Source: Acutalibacteraceae bacterium
GTDB taxonomy: Bacteria; Bacillota; Clostridia; Oscillospirales; Acutalibacteraceae
Direction: 5' to 3'
DNA: 64,000 nt
Assembly (NCBI GenBank): GCA_036308645.1
Contig: JAXJVH010000007.1
Span: 1 to 64,000, forward strand
The notes beneath the pieces are model-generated. The model was not told the origin of the DNA and ran no database searches. It saw only the letters and a list, made by a program, of their open reading frames with translations. The position numbers and the translations under genes were made by a program. Positions 37,955 to 48,367 of the stretch are shown here, one piece after another. The first letter of the stretch is position 1, and each line of letters starts with the position of its first letter.

Positions 37955-39019
37955 ATGAGCAGATTTTTAATTGATAAACTGCAAAGCCTTGAGGCTTATG
38001 TTCCGGGTGAACAGCCAAAGGACAAAAAGTATATAAAACTCAATACAAACGAGTCGCCTTATCCGCCGTCAATCGGCGTGTTAAAAGCGCTTGATACCGA
38101 TGTTGTAGGAGATTTAAAACTTTACTGCAACCCCGAATGTACCGTTCTTACAAATGAATTTTGTAAAGTTTATGACGTATCGCCCGAAAACGTAATTTTC
38201 GGCAACGGTTCGGATGAAATTTTAAACTATTGCTTTACTGCGTTTTTCAGCGACAGAAATCCCGTTGTTTTCCCTGATATAACTTACGGTTTTTACAAGG
38301 TTTTCGGCGACCTTTATCATATTGATTATAAAGAAATTCCGCTAATGAGTGATTTTTCAATCAATTTAAACGATTATATGGGAATAGGCAAAAATGTTGT
38401 AATTGCCAACCCGAATGCGCCTACGGGAATATGCCTTACGCCCGATGAAATCGAGCAGATTGTAAAAAGCAATCCCGACAATGTTGTAGTGATTGACGAG
38501 GCTTATATTGATTTCGGAGGGACGAGCTGTTACCCACTTACAAAAAAATATAAAAATTTGATTGTAACGGGAACATTTTCAAAATCACGCTCTTTGGCAG
38601 GCGCACGTTTAGGTTTTGCGATTGCCGATAAAGAACTGATTTCCGATTTAAACAAAATTAAATTTTCAACCAATCCTTACAACATAAACAGTATGACTCA
38701 AGCGGTAGGCGCGGCGGCGCTTCAAGATAACGATTATTATATGAACAACTGTCAAAGAATAATCGAAACAAGAGAGTTTACCGCCGATAAATTAAAGGCA
38801 CTCGGCTTTGAAATTTTACCGTCAAAAGCAAATTTTCTTTTTGCCCGTCACCCTGAATATGATGGCGAATATCTTTACAACTCGCTTTATGAAAAAGGCA
38901 TTTTGGTTCGCCATTTCAAAAAAGAACGTATAAAGAATTATTTAAGAATTACAATAGGCACACCTGCCGAAATGCAGGCGCTTGTGTTTGCTCTTGAAAA
39001 AATAACGGAAGGAAGGTAA
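37955..39019 (+). CDS. hisC: Histidinol-phosphate aminotransferase
   Basis: 354 aa class II aminotransferase with PLP lysine context (FSKSRSLAGARLG). Confidence 0.85.
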   Translation: MSRFLIDKLQSLEAYVPGEQPKDKKYIKLNTNESPYPPSIGVLKALDTDVVGDLKLYCNPECTVLTNEFCKVYDVSPENVIFGNGSDEILNYCFTAFFSDRNPVVFPDITYGFYKVFGDLYHIDYKEIPLMSDFSINLNDYMGIGKNVVIANPNAPTGICLTPDEIEQIVKSNPDNVVVIDEAYIDFGGTSCYPLTKKYKNLIVTGTFSKSRSLAGARLGFAIADKELISDLNKIKFSTNPYNINSMTQAVGAAALQDNDYYMNNCQRIIETREFTADKLKALGFEILPSKANFLFARHPEYDGEYLYNSLYEKGILVRHFKKERIKNYLRITIGTPAEMQALVFALEKITEGR

Positions 39020-39025
39020 AGCAAA

Positions 39026-39613
39026 ATGAGAGAAGCAACTTTAATAAGAAAAACCGCCGAAACCGATATTAATTTATATCTTAACCTTGACGGCAGCGGA
39101 AAATCCGAGATTAATTCGGGCAACGGCTTTTTTGACCACATGTTAACTCTGCTTGCAAAACACGCAAGATTTGATTTGAAAGTTGAATGTAAAGGCGATG
39201 TAAACGTTGATTTTCACCATAGCGCCGAGGACATCGGCATTGTGCTTGGCGACGCTTTTTCAAAAGCCATCGGCAATATGGCAGGCGTCACACGATATGC
39301 CGACACCGCCCTGCCTATGGACGAGTCGCTTATTTTAACCGCTGTTGATATTTCCGGCAGAGGCTATTTAAACTTTGACCTTTCAATTCCAACCGAAAAA
39401 ATCGGCGATTTTGACAGTGAACTTGTAGAAGAGTTTTTTATGGCGTTTGTCCGCCGGGCAAACGTTACATTGCACATTAAACAACTTTGCGGCAGAAATG
39501 CTCACCACATTGTAGAGGGTACGTTTAAATCCTTTGCAAGAACGCTTCGCAAAGCGGTAAAAATTGACGAAGATTTTAAAAATGAAATTCCTTCAACAAA
39601 AGGCGTTTTATAA
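39026..39613 (+). CDS. hisB: Imidazoleglycerol-phosphate dehydratase
   Basis: 195 aa IGPD with histidine-rich metal motifs. Confidence 0.9.
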   Translation: MREATLIRKTAETDINLYLNLDGSGKSEINSGNGFFDHMLTLLAKHARFDLKVECKGDVNVDFHHSAEDIGIVLGDAFSKAIGNMAGVTRYADTALPMDESLILTAVDISGRGYLNFDLSIPTEKIGDFDSELVEEFFMAFVRRANVTLHIKQLCGRNAHHIVEGTFKSFARTLRKAVKIDEDFKNEIPSTKGVL

Positions 39614-39630
39614 ATTTTAAGGAGTTTTCC

Positions 39631-40251
39631 ATGATAGCAATTATTGATTACGGCGTCGGCAACCTTTTTTCGCTGAAAAGTTCATTTCAATGTATCGGCG
39701 CCGATATTATTGTAACTAACGATAAAAACGAAATTGAAAAAGCTGATAAATTGGTTCTTCCGGGCGTCGGCGCTTTTGAAGACGCCGCCCAAAAACTACG
39801 TCAAAACGGGCTTGATGAACTGATTGTAAATCAGGCGAAAAACGGCAAAATAATGCTCGGTATATGCCTTGGTATGCAGATGTTGTTTGATAAAAGTTTT
39901 GAATACGGCGAGCATGAGGGACTGGGTTTGATAAAAGGCAAGGTGAAACCGATAATAGCGCCTAAAGAGTTTAAAATACCGCATATCGGCTGGAACTCTC
40001 TTGAATTTAAAAACGGCAAAAGTCCGCTTTTTAAATACATAAACGAGGGTGATTATGTTTATTTTGTTCACTCTTTTTTCGCTGATGAATGTGAAAAAAA
40101 TCAGATTGCGGTAACCGATTATTATAAACCGCTTACCGCGGCGGTTGCCGATAAAAATGTTTTCGGCACACAGTTTCACCCTGAAAAAAGCGGTGATGTC
40201 GGCTTAAATATTTTAAAAGCATTCGTTGAATTAAAGGAGAGCGATTTATGA
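39631..40251 (+). CDS. hisH: Imidazole glycerol phosphate synthase, glutamine amidotransferase subunit
   Basis: 206 aa class I GATase (GICLGMQ). Confidence 0.9.
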   Translation: MIAIIDYGVGNLFSLKSSFQCIGADIIVTNDKNEIEKADKLVLPGVGAFEDAAQKLRQNGLDELIVNQAKNGKIMLGICLGMQMLFDKSFEYGEHEGLGLIKGKVKPIIAPKEFKIPHIGWNSLEFKNGKSPLFKYINEGDYVYFVHSFFADECEKNQIAVTDYYKPLTAAVADKNVFGTQFHPEKSGDVGLNILKAFVELKESDL

Positions 40252-40964
40252 ATATCTTCCCTGCAATAGATTTAATCGGCGGTCAGGCGGTACGGCTTGA
40301 AAAGGGCGATTACAATAAAAAAACCGTATTTAATGCAGACCCTGTGGCAGTAGCGGTTGAATTTAAAAACGCAGGCGCAGAATACCTGCATTTAGTTGAC
40401 CTTGACGGCGCTAAAAGCGGTAAAACAGACAACTATGACGTTATTCGTGAAATTGTGAACAAAAGCGGTTTAAATGTTGAAATCGGCGGCGGTATTCGCA
40501 GTATCGAAACGGTTGAAAAATACCTTAAAACAGGAGTTATGCGTGTTATAATAGGCACTGCCGCAATAACCGACGAAGAATTTTTAGATGAGGCGCTTTC
40601 AAAATACGGTGAAAAAATTGCGGTCGGCGTTGATATTAAAGACGGTAAAGTCGCAATAAAAGGCTGGACCGAAACCGTTGATATTACCTGTGAAGAATTT
40701 ATCGAAAAAATGCAGAATAAAGATGTAAAAACCGTTATCTGCACCGATATTTCAAAAGACGGTATGATGTCGGGTACTAATCTCGAACTTTATAAAAGTT
40801 TATGTGAAAAATTCAATCTTAACATTACCGCCTCAGGCGGAGTTTCGACTTTAGAAGATGTTAAAACCTTAAATGATATGAATATTTACGGCGCAATTTT
40901 AGGAAAAGCGCTTTATGTAGGCGGTATTGATTTAAAAGAGGCAATCGCAATTACTAAGGAGTAA
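40248..40964 (+). CDS. hisA: ProFAR isomerase
   Basis: 238 aa TIM-barrel HisA. Confidence 0.9.
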   Translation: MNIFPAIDLIGGQAVRLEKGDYNKKTVFNADPVAVAVEFKNAGAEYLHLVDLDGAKSGKTDNYDVIREIVNKSGLNVEIGGGIRSIETVEKYLKTGVMRVIIGTAAITDEEFLDEALSKYGEKIAVGVDIKDGKVAIKGWTETVDITCEEFIEKMQNKDVKTVICTDISKDGMMSGTNLELYKSLCEKFNLNITASGGVSTLEDVKTLNDMNIYGAILGKALYVGGIDLKEAIAITKE

Positions 40965-40967
40965 AGC

Positions 40968-41726
40968 ATGATTACAAAAAGAATTATACCCTGCCTTGAC
41001 GTTAAAGACGGCAGAGTTGTAAAAGGTACAAATTTTAAAGGGCTGCAAGATGTATCAAGCCCTGTAAAATTAGCGGAATACTATTCATCGGCAGGTGCTG
41101 ACGAACTTGTTTTTTACGATATTACCGCGTCAAGCGAAGGGCGAAAACTTTTCACGGATATTCTGACCGAAACCGCAAGCAAGGTTTTCATTCCGCTGAC
41201 CGTTGGCGGAGGAATTAATACGCTCGACGATTTTGAACGTGTGCTTTCCTGCGGCGCAGATAAAGTAAGCGTAAATTCGGGCGCAATAAGAAATCCCGAT
41301 TTAGTAGGGGAAGCCGCTAAAAAATACGGCGACCAATGCGTTGTGCTTTCCGCAGATGTAAAAATAGTCGGCAATGAATACAGAGTTTTTGCCAAAGGCG
41401 GCAGAGAAGACACGGGAATGGAAGCAATCGAATGGATTAAACGTTGTGTAGATAACGGCGCAGGCGAGGTTGTTGTCAACAGTATTGACACCGACGGAGT
41501 AAAAGGCGGCTTTGATATTCCTATGTTAAAAGCAGTTCTCAATGCTGTAAATGTTCCCGTTATTGCCTCGGGCGGCGCAGGAAAAACAGAAGATTTTATT
41601 GATTTATTCAAACAATTGCCTACGATTGACGCAGGTCTTGCGGCGTCTGTTTTCCACTTCGGCGAAATTGATATTAAAGAACTTAAAAAGATTTTACGTG
41701 ATAACGATATACTATCAAGAATATAA
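40968..41726 (+). CDS. hisF: Imidazole glycerol phosphate synthase cyclase subunit
   Basis: 252 aa HisF. Confidence 0.9.
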   Translation: MITKRIIPCLDVKDGRVVKGTNFKGLQDVSSPVKLAEYYSSAGADELVFYDITASSEGRKLFTDILTETASKVFIPLTVGGGINTLDDFERVLSCGADKVSVNSGAIRNPDLVGEAAKKYGDQCVVLSADVKIVGNEYRVFAKGGREDTGMEAIEWIKRCVDNGAGEVVVNSIDTDGVKGGFDIPMLKAVLNAVNVPVIASGGAGKTEDFIDLFKQLPTIDAGLAASVFHFGEIDIKELKKILRDNDILSRI

Positions 41727-41739
41727 GGAGTAAAGAGAA

Positions 41740-42390
41740 ATGGTTACAATTGAAAATTTGAAATTTGATGAAAAAGGGCTTATTCCGGCAGTAGTTGTTG
41801 ACGCCGACACAAAAAAAGTGCTTACGGTTGCATATATGAACAAAGAAAGCCTTGAAATCAGCATTAAAGAAAAAAAGACCTGTTTCTGGTCACGTTCACG
41901 ACAGGAATTATGGAGAAAAGGCGAAACATCGGGTAATTATCAGCATATTGTCAGCATTACTTCCGACTGCGATAACGACGCCTTGACCGTTGTGGTTAAA
42001 AAAGACGGTCCTGCCTGCCATCTCGGCACAGATTCCTGTTTTAACAATCTTTTATTTAAAAACGATGAATTGGAAGCGTTTTCGATAGAAGGTCTTTATG
42101 AACTGCTTAAAGGAAGAAAAGAAAATCCTCAAGAAGGCTCTTATACAACCTATCTTTTTGAAAAAGGTATCGACAAAATCTTAAAAAAGGTCGGTGAAGA
42201 ATGTACCGAGGTTATCATCGCAGGCAAAGCCGATGATAAACCCGAAACTATTTATGAAATTGCCGACCTTGCATATCACGTAATGGTGCTTATGGTTGAA
42301 ATGGGCATTTCTGTAGAAGAAATCAAAAAGGAACTCGCTTCACGCCACGTTATCAATCACAAGGTAAAACAGGAGAAAATGACAAAGTGA
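41740..42390 (+). CDS. hisI: Bifunctional PR-AMP cyclohydrolase / PR-ATP pyrophosphatase
   Basis: 216 aa with an N-terminal HisI domain and a C-terminal HisE domain. Confidence 0.85.
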   Translation: MVTIENLKFDEKGLIPAVVVDADTKKVLTVAYMNKESLEISIKEKKTCFWSRSRQELWRKGETSGNYQHIVSITSDCDNDALTVVVKKDGPACHLGTDSCFNNLLFKNDELEAFSIEGLYELLKGRKENPQEGSYTTYLFEKGIDKILKKVGEECTEVIIAGKADDKPETIYEIADLAYHVMVLMVEMGISVEEIKKELASRHVINHKVKQEKMTK

Positions 42391-43202
42391 TTTATCCTTT
42401 TGATTTTCATACTCATACTTCTTATTGCGACGGTAAAAACTCACCCGAAGAAATGGTAAAATCAGCAATTGATAAAAATCTGAAGGCGATTGGATTTTCG
42501 GGACATTCTTTTACAGAGTTTGATAAAAGCTACTGTATGAGCGAAGAACAAACCGAAAAATACATAGCCGAAATTACTGCGCTTAAAGAAAAATACAAAG
42601 ATAAAATCTGTGTTTTTTGCGGAATCGAAAAGGATTATTATTCCAAGATTGACGATTCCTGTTTTGATTATGTTATCGGCTCGGTGCATTATGTAAAAAA
42701 GGATGGTAAATATCTTGATATTGATTTAAGCACCGAAAATTTTTGCGATAATGTTACCCGTTTTTTCGACGGTGATTTTTATGCTTTCTGCGAAGCCTAC
42801 TACAAAAATGTTGCCGATGTTTATAATAAAACCAAGTGTGATATTATAGGGCATATTGACCTTATCACAAAATTTAACGAGGGCAACGCCCTTTTTGACG
42901 AATCGGATAAAAGATATACCGATTCGGCGATTTTTGCGGTTGACGAACTGCTGAAAAACGACGTTATCTTTGAAATAAACACAGGCGCAATTTCACGAGG
43001 ATATAGATTGAAACCCTACCCTGCAATGTTTATTTTAAAGCGTATTTTTGAAAAGAAAGGCAACATTATTCTTTCAGGCGATACCCACAGCAAAGAAAAT
43101 TTGTGTTTTCAATTTGATAATGCGACAGATTATATAAAGTCGGCAGGATTTAAAACGATAAAAGTATTAACCGATAAAGGGTTTATTGATTATAAAATTT
43201 AA
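42387..43202 (+). CDS. hisK: Histidinol-phosphatase, PHP family
   Basis: 271 aa with PHP metal motif [12 protein letters not shown]; last gene of the his operon. Confidence 0.75.
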   Translation: MIYPFDFHTHTSYCDGKNSPEEMVKSAIDKNLKAIGFSGHSFTEFDKSYCMSEEQTEKYIAEITALKEKYKDKICVFCGIEKDYYSKIDDSCFDYVIGSVHYVKKDGKYLDIDLSTENFCDNVTRFFDGDFYAFCEAYYKNVADVYNKTKCDIIGHIDLITKFNEGNALFDESDKRYTDSAIFAVDELLKNDVIFEINTGAISRGYRLKPYPAMFILKRIFEKKGNIILSGDTHSKENLCFQFDNATDYIKSAGFKTIKVLTDKGFIDYKI

Positions 43203-43248
43203 TTTTTTAATTAAACCGTAACCGACTACAAAAATAACACACTAAAAA

Positions 43249-43278
43249 AGCCTCACAAAAATGTGAGACTTTTTTTGA
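43249..43278. terminator. Bidirectional intrinsic terminator between the convergent his and car/arg operons
   Basis: Stem CCTCACA / TGTGAGA with A-run upstream and TTTTTTT downstream. Confidence 0.6.
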
Positions 43279-43282
43279 TTTA

Positions 43283-46200
43283 TCAATATTTAAACGTACC
43301 CTCGTAAACCATAACGGCATTGCCTGTTAGCGTGATACCGTCGTCGGTATAATTTACGGTAAGGTCGCCGCCTTTCACCTTTACGGTGATGTCTTCGCCT
43401 TTGTTGCAAAATCCGTTTTCCACCGCTGCAACAACCGCTGCACAAGCACCTGTACCGCAAGCGAGCGTTTCGCCGTTTCCACGCTCATAAACACGCATTT
43501 TAATGGTGTTTTTATTAACCACCCTAATAAATTCGGTGTTGATTCTTTCGGGGAAAATCTCCGCATTTTCAAACTGAGGCCCTACAGCTTCAATATCAAT
43601 TCCGTCTACCCTGTCACAAAAGACTACGCAATGCGGATTGCCTACAGACAAACAGGTAATATTATAATCATTACCGCCGATTTTAACAGGATAATCAATT
43701 ACCTTGTCAATATCAAGCGTGCAAGGCAACGACTTTGCATAAAGGTCTGCCTTGCCCATTGAAACGCTGACGGTTGTAACCATACCGTCACGTGTATAAA
43801 CATCTAAATTCTTAATGTTTCCCGCCGCTTCTATTGTCATACGTTCTTTTTTGACAATTTCCTTATCATACAAAAACTTTGCAACGCAGCGAATGGCGTT
43901 TCCCGCCATTTTACCCTCCGAGCCGTCGATATTAAAAATTCTCATTTTAGCGTCGGCGATTTCGGATTTTTCAATAAGCACTATTCCGTCGCCGCCGATT
44001 CCGTAATGGCGGTCGCAAAGGCTTACGCACAGCGATTCTGGACAGGTGATACTGCCGTCAAAGTTATCAATAAAGATATAGTCGTCGCCCGTACCCTGCA
44101 TTTTAGAGAATTTATACTCACGCTTTTTATCACGCATTTTGTTAATATCGACAAGTTCGGTGTTCTGTCGGTTAAAACGGCTTGCAATAATATCAGCGAG
44201 CGCATTCGCCGTATCAAGCGAAGTAAAGCAGGCGACCCCGTGAATAAGCGCTTTTCTGTGAAGCGCAATATAATCGTCTAATGTTTCATCAAAAAGTGCG
44301 CCTGTGTAAACAATATAACTGATTTTTTCGCTCTCGATAAGCGGGAAAAAGTCATTTTTAGTTACTCGTGTAACGCTTATTCCAAGTTGTTCCACCGCGT
44401 CGGCGGTATCGCTTGTAGCGTATATTTTCATTTTAAGGTCGTCGAGTTTTTTAGCAAGCGACACGATTTCAAGCAAATCATGATTTTCAACGCTGATAAG
44501 CACGCCTACATCATCTGTAACCGACGGTGATTTTATCTTAAATCCTGCGGAAGTAAGACCTTTGAAAAGTCCTTCCGTCAATGTTTTACCTATGCCCAAA
44601 ACCTCGCCTGTTGATTTCATTTCAGGTCCGAGATACGAGTTGACGTCGGTTAATTTTTCAAATGAGAATACCGGCACTTTTACTGCGAAATACGGCGGAT
44701 GACGGTAAAGACCGCTGCCGTAACCCAAATCGCATAATTTTGCGCCTGTCATAACCTTTGTCGCAAGGTCGACCATAGGCACGCCCGTAACCTTGCTGAT
44801 ATAAGGAATTGTACGGGAAGCACGAGGATTTACCTCGATAATATAAAGTTCATTTTGATAAATAAGATACTGAATATTGACAAGTCCTTTAGTGCCTAAG
44901 GAAAGAGCTAATTTTTCAGAACTTTCTACGATTTTCTTTATCATTCTGTCGTCAATATTGTACGGCGGATAAACCGCAATAGAGTCGCCCGAATGAACGC
45001 CTGCACGTTCAATATGCTGCATTATTCCCGGGATTAAAACTTCTTCGCCGTCGGAAATAACGTCAACCTCAAGTTCCGAACCGCTCATATATTTATCAAC
45101 CAGCACAGGATTTTCAATGCCTGTAGATAAAATCCTTTCCATATAGCGGATTACCTGACGCTCATCATAAACAATGCACATATTCTGACCGCCGATAACG
45201 TAAGACGGGCGCAGAAGAACGGGATAACCCAAAGTTTCGGCGGCTTTTAAAGCCTCGGCGGTTGTCATAACGCCCATACCGCGCGGTCTTTTAAAACCGA
45301 ATGTTTCAAGCAGTTCGTCAAACTGCTCTCTGTCCTCTGCCTTATCAATACCCTCGGCAGATGTGCCGAGAATTTTTATTCCGTTTTCGTGCAAATATTT
45401 TGTGAGTTTAATAGCGGTCTGACCGCCGAAAGCAACCACAACGCCGACAGGCTTTTCAACCTTTATGATGTTCATAACGTCTTCTTTGCAAAGCGGTTCA
45501 AAATAAAGTCGATCCGCCGTATCATAGTCGGTTGAAACAGTTTCGGGATTGTTGTTCACAATAACAACGTCATAGCCTAACTCTTTTAAAGTCCAAACGC
45601 AGTGTACCGATGAATAGTCGAACTCAATACCCTGCCCTATGCGGATAGGTCCTGAACCCAAAACCATAATTACGGGTTTACCGCTTCGTTTAAATGAACG
45701 AGCCTCGCAAATTTCATCATAACTTGAATAAAAATACGGCGTTTTGGCGTCAAATTCAGCCGCGCAGGTATCAACGATTTTATAAACTGCGTCACGATGA
45801 AAATTAAATTTAAAGCCGCAAAGTTTTTTGAGCGATTCATCGGTATAACCGTATTTTTTGCCTTTAAGATAATTTTCTTCGGTTAAAGGTTTGTTCTCGA
45901 TTTCCTTTTCAAAATCGGCAAGATTTTTTAGTTTATACAAGAAGAAACGGTCGATTTTTGTAATTTCAAAAATCTCATCAACCGAAACGCCGTTTTTAAG
46001 TGCCTCAAAAACAGTAAAAATTCTACGGTCGTTTACATCCTGCAAACGCTCTTTCACGCTTCTGTCGTCAAGCGGCGGAGCATTAAGCGTATCGAAAGAG
46101 ATTTCAGCACCTCTTACCGCTTTCATAACGGCGGTTTCAAAATTATGCCCTATCGACATAACCTCGCCCGTAGCCTTCATTGCAGTACCGATTTTTCTCG

Positions 46201-47305
46201 TAGAGCCCGCAAACTTGTCAAACGGCCATTTTGGGAATTTTACTACAACATAATCGAGCGCAGGCTCAAAGCAAGCGCAGGTTTTACCTGTAATATCATT
46301 CTCGATTTCATCAAGAGTATATCCCAATGCAATCTTTGTAGTGATTTTTGCAATCGGGTATCCGGTTGCTTTTGAAGCGAGTGCAGAAGAACGTGAAACA
46401 CGCGGATTTACTTCGATTACCGCATACTCAAAACTATCGGGATTTAATGCAAACTGGCAGTTGCAACCGCCCTTAATATCAAGCGCCTGAATAATGTTGA
46501 TAGAGGCGCTTCGCAACATCTGATATTCTTTGTCGGCAAGCGTTAATGCAGGAGCGGTTACGATAGAATCGCCCGTATGCACGCCTACGGGGTCAAAGTT
46601 TTCCATTGAACAAATCGCAATGGTATTGCCGACGCCGTCACGCATTGTTTCAAACTCGATTTCTTTCCAGCCTGCAATATATTTTTCAACTAAAATCTGC
46701 GTAATCGGTGAAGAATCAAGTCCCGTTTTTGCAACGGTTTTCATTTCCTCTTCGTTATAAGCGACGCCGCCACCGCCACCGCCTAATGTAAAAGCAGGAC
46801 GTATAATTACAGGGTATCCTATCTTATTTGCCACTTCTAACGCAGTTTCAATATCATTAGCAATATCCGACGGAATACAAGGCTCTCCGATAGAATCCAT
46901 TGTCTGCTTAAATAAAAGCCTATCCTCCGCCTTGTCAATCGCCTCGGCGTTTGTACCGATTAAACGAACATTGTGTTTTTCCAAAAAGCCTTCCTTGTCA
47001 AGTTCCATAGCAATGGTAAGGCCTGTCTGTCCGCCAAGCCCTGCAAGAAGCGAATCAGGCTTTTCTTTTTCAATAATTCTTTTAATAGTTTCGCTTTCAA
47101 GCGGTTCAAGATAAATTTCATCGGCAAGTGCTTTATCGGTCATAATTGTCGCAGGATTTGAATTTACAAGCACAACATTTATACCTGCCTGTTTTAAAAC
47201 TCGGCAGGCTTGTGCGCCTGCATAGTCAAACTCCGCCGCCTGACCGATAACAATAGGGCCTGAACCGATAACCATTACTTTTTTAATCGACTTATCAAGC
47301 GGCAT
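43283..47305 (-). CDS. carB: Carbamoyl-phosphate synthase large subunit fused in frame to diaminopimelate epimerase (CarB-DapF)
   Basis: 1340 aa. Residues 1-1056 are full CarB (two ATP-grasp halves, oligomerisation and MGS-like domains). Residues ~1057-1340 are a complete DapF (KFSKMQGTGDDYIFID, GNPHCVVF, ACGTGACA). The junction Met codon at 44135-44137 has no upstream Shine-Dalgarno sequence. Confidence 0.8.
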   Translation of the reverse strand: MPLDKSIKKVMVIGSGPIVIGQAAEFDYAGAQACRVLKQAGINVVLVNSNPATIMTDKALADEIYLEPLESETIKRIIEKEKPDSLLAGLGGQTGLTIAMELDKEGFLEKHNVRLIGTNAEAIDKAEDRLLFKQTMDSIGEPCIPSDIANDIETALEVANKIGYPVIIRPAFTLGGGGGGVAYNEEEMKTVAKTGLDSSPITQILVEKYIAGWKEIEFETMRDGVGNTIAICSMENFDPVGVHTGDSIVTAPALTLADKEYQMLRSASINIIQALDIKGGCNCQFALNPDSFEYAVIEVNPRVSRSSALASKATGYPIAKITTKIALGYTLDEIENDITGKTCACFEPALDYVVVKFPKWPFDKFAGSTRKIGTAMKATGEVMSIGHNFETAVMKAVRGAEISFDTLNAPPLDDRSVKERLQDVNDRRIFTVFEALKNGVSVDEIFEITKIDRFFLYKLKNLADFEKEIENKPLTEENYLKGKKYGYTDESLKKLCGFKFNFHRDAVYKIVDTCAAEFDAKTPYFYSSYDEICEARSFKRSGKPVIMVLGSGPIRIGQGIEFDYSSVHCVWTLKELGYDVVIVNNNPETVSTDYDTADRLYFEPLCKEDVMNIIKVEKPVGVVVAFGGQTAIKLTKYLHENGIKILGTSAEGIDKAEDREQFDELLETFGFKRPRGMGVMTTAEALKAAETLGYPVLLRPSYVIGGQNMCIVYDERQVIRYMERILSTGIENPVLVDKYMSGSELEVDVISDGEEVLIPGIMQHIERAGVHSGDSIAVYPPYNIDDRMIKKIVESSEKLALSLGTKGLVNIQYLIYQNELYIIEVNPRASRTIPYISKVTGVPMVDLATKVMTGAKLCDLGYGSGLYRHPPYFAVKVPVFSFEKLTDVNSYLGPEMKSTGEVLGIGKTLTEGLFKGLTSAGFKIKSPSVTDDVGVLISVENHDLLEIVSLAKKLDDLKMKIYATSDTADAVEQLGISVTRVTKNDFFPLIESEKISYIVYTGALFDETLDDYIALHRKALIHGVACFTSLDTANALADIIASRFNRQNTELVDINKMRDKKREYKFSKMQGTGDDYIFIDNFDGSITCPESLCVSLCDRHYGIGGDGIVLIEKSEIADAKMRIFNIDGSEGKMAGNAIRCVAKFLYDKEIVKKERMTIEAAGNIKNLDVYTRDGMVTTVSVSMGKADLYAKSLPCTLDIDKVIDYPVKIGGNDYNITCLSVGNPHCVVFCDRVDGIDIEAVGPQFENAEIFPERINTEFIRVVNKNTIKMRVYERGNGETLACGTGACAAVVAAVENGFCNKGEDITVKVKGGDLTVNYTDDGITLTGNAVMVYEGTFKY

Positions 47306-48363
47306 TATCGGTCACCTCCCATTAAATCAATGAATCTGTCAAATAAAAATGCGCTGTCGTGCGGTCCTGAACAAGCCTCGGGGTGGAACTGCACCGAAAA
47401 AGCATTAAATTCGGGATAATCAACACCCTCAACGGTGTTGTCGTTTGCATTAACAAAACTAACCTTGCCGTTTTTAAGATTATCACCGACTACTGCATAT
47501 CCGTGATTTTGACTGGTAATAAAAGTTCTCTTTCCGAATACTTCCTTTACAGGCTGATTAGCTCCCCTGTGACCGTATTTAAGTTTAACGGTTTTAGCGC
47601 CGTTGGCAAGCGCCAAAAGTTGATGACCGAGACAAATACCGAAAAGCGGAACTTTGCCGAAAAGTTTTTTAATCACATTAATTTGTTCTGTATTCTCGGC
47701 AGGGTCGCCCGGTCCGTTTGAAAGCATTACGCCGTCGGGATTTTCCGCTAAAATCTGCTCGGCAGTATAAGTGCAAGGTACAACTTTAACCGTACAACCA
47801 CGCTTGTTAAGTTCACGAATAATATTACGTTTTGCGCCGTAATCAATCAATGTAACCTTATATTTTTCATCATCCGCCGATACGGTATACTCCTTTTCGG
47901 TGGAAACGCTTTTTACCGCGGCGCATATCTTATAATCTATAATATCGTTAAGGTCGCTCGGTATTTCGCTGCATATAGCGGCATTCATTACGCCGTATTC
48001 ACGAATTGTTTTTGTTATCTCTCTTGTATCAACGCCGTAAATACCCGGAATACCGTGGCTTTTTAAAAACTCGTCAACGCTCTGTTCACATCTGAAATTA
48101 GACGGATTTTCGCACCATTCTCTTACAACGTAGCCTTTAACAGAGGGATTGCCCTCAAAATCATCACTGCATACGCCGTAGTTTCCTATCATCGGGAATG
48201 TCTGCAATACAATCTGACCGTAGTAACTTTCGTCGGTAAGCGTTTCAACATAACCGCAAACGCCTGTTGTGAAACAAAGTTCACCTATAGCGCCGTTTTC
48301 AGCGCCGAAACCGTACCCTGAAAAAACCTGACCGTTTTGTAAAACTAAATATGCTTTTCTCAT
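47305..48363 (-). CDS. carA: Carbamoyl-phosphate synthase small subunit
   Basis: 352 aa with a GATase domain (GICLGHQ); overlaps the carB start as ATGA. Confidence 0.9.
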   Translation of the reverse strand: MRKAYLVLQNGQVFSGYGFGAENGAIGELCFTTGVCGYVETLTDESYYGQIVLQTFPMIGNYGVCSDDFEGNPSVKGYVVREWCENPSNFRCEQSVDEFLKSHGIPGIYGVDTREITKTIREYGVMNAAICSEIPSDLNDIIDYKICAAVKSVSTEKEYTVSADDEKYKVTLIDYGAKRNIIRELNKRGCTVKVVPCTYTAEQILAENPDGVMLSNGPGDPAENTEQINVIKKLFGKVPLFGICLGHQLLALANGAKTVKLKYGHRGANQPVKEVFGKRTFITSQNHGYAVVGDNLKNGKVSFVNANDNTVEGVDYPEFNAFSVQFHPEACSGPHDSAFLFDRFIDLMGGDR

Positions 48364-48367
48364 AAAA

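Noticed and set aside
35089-47305. Possibility that the HisZ-HisG and CarB-DapF fusions are frameshift or assembly artefacts or pseudogenes
   Set aside because: Both are continuous in one frame with complete, well-conserved domains on each side and no internal stops, so they are not pseudogenes. An assembly error deleting a stop cannot be excluded without reads, so they are reported as findings rather than dismissed.
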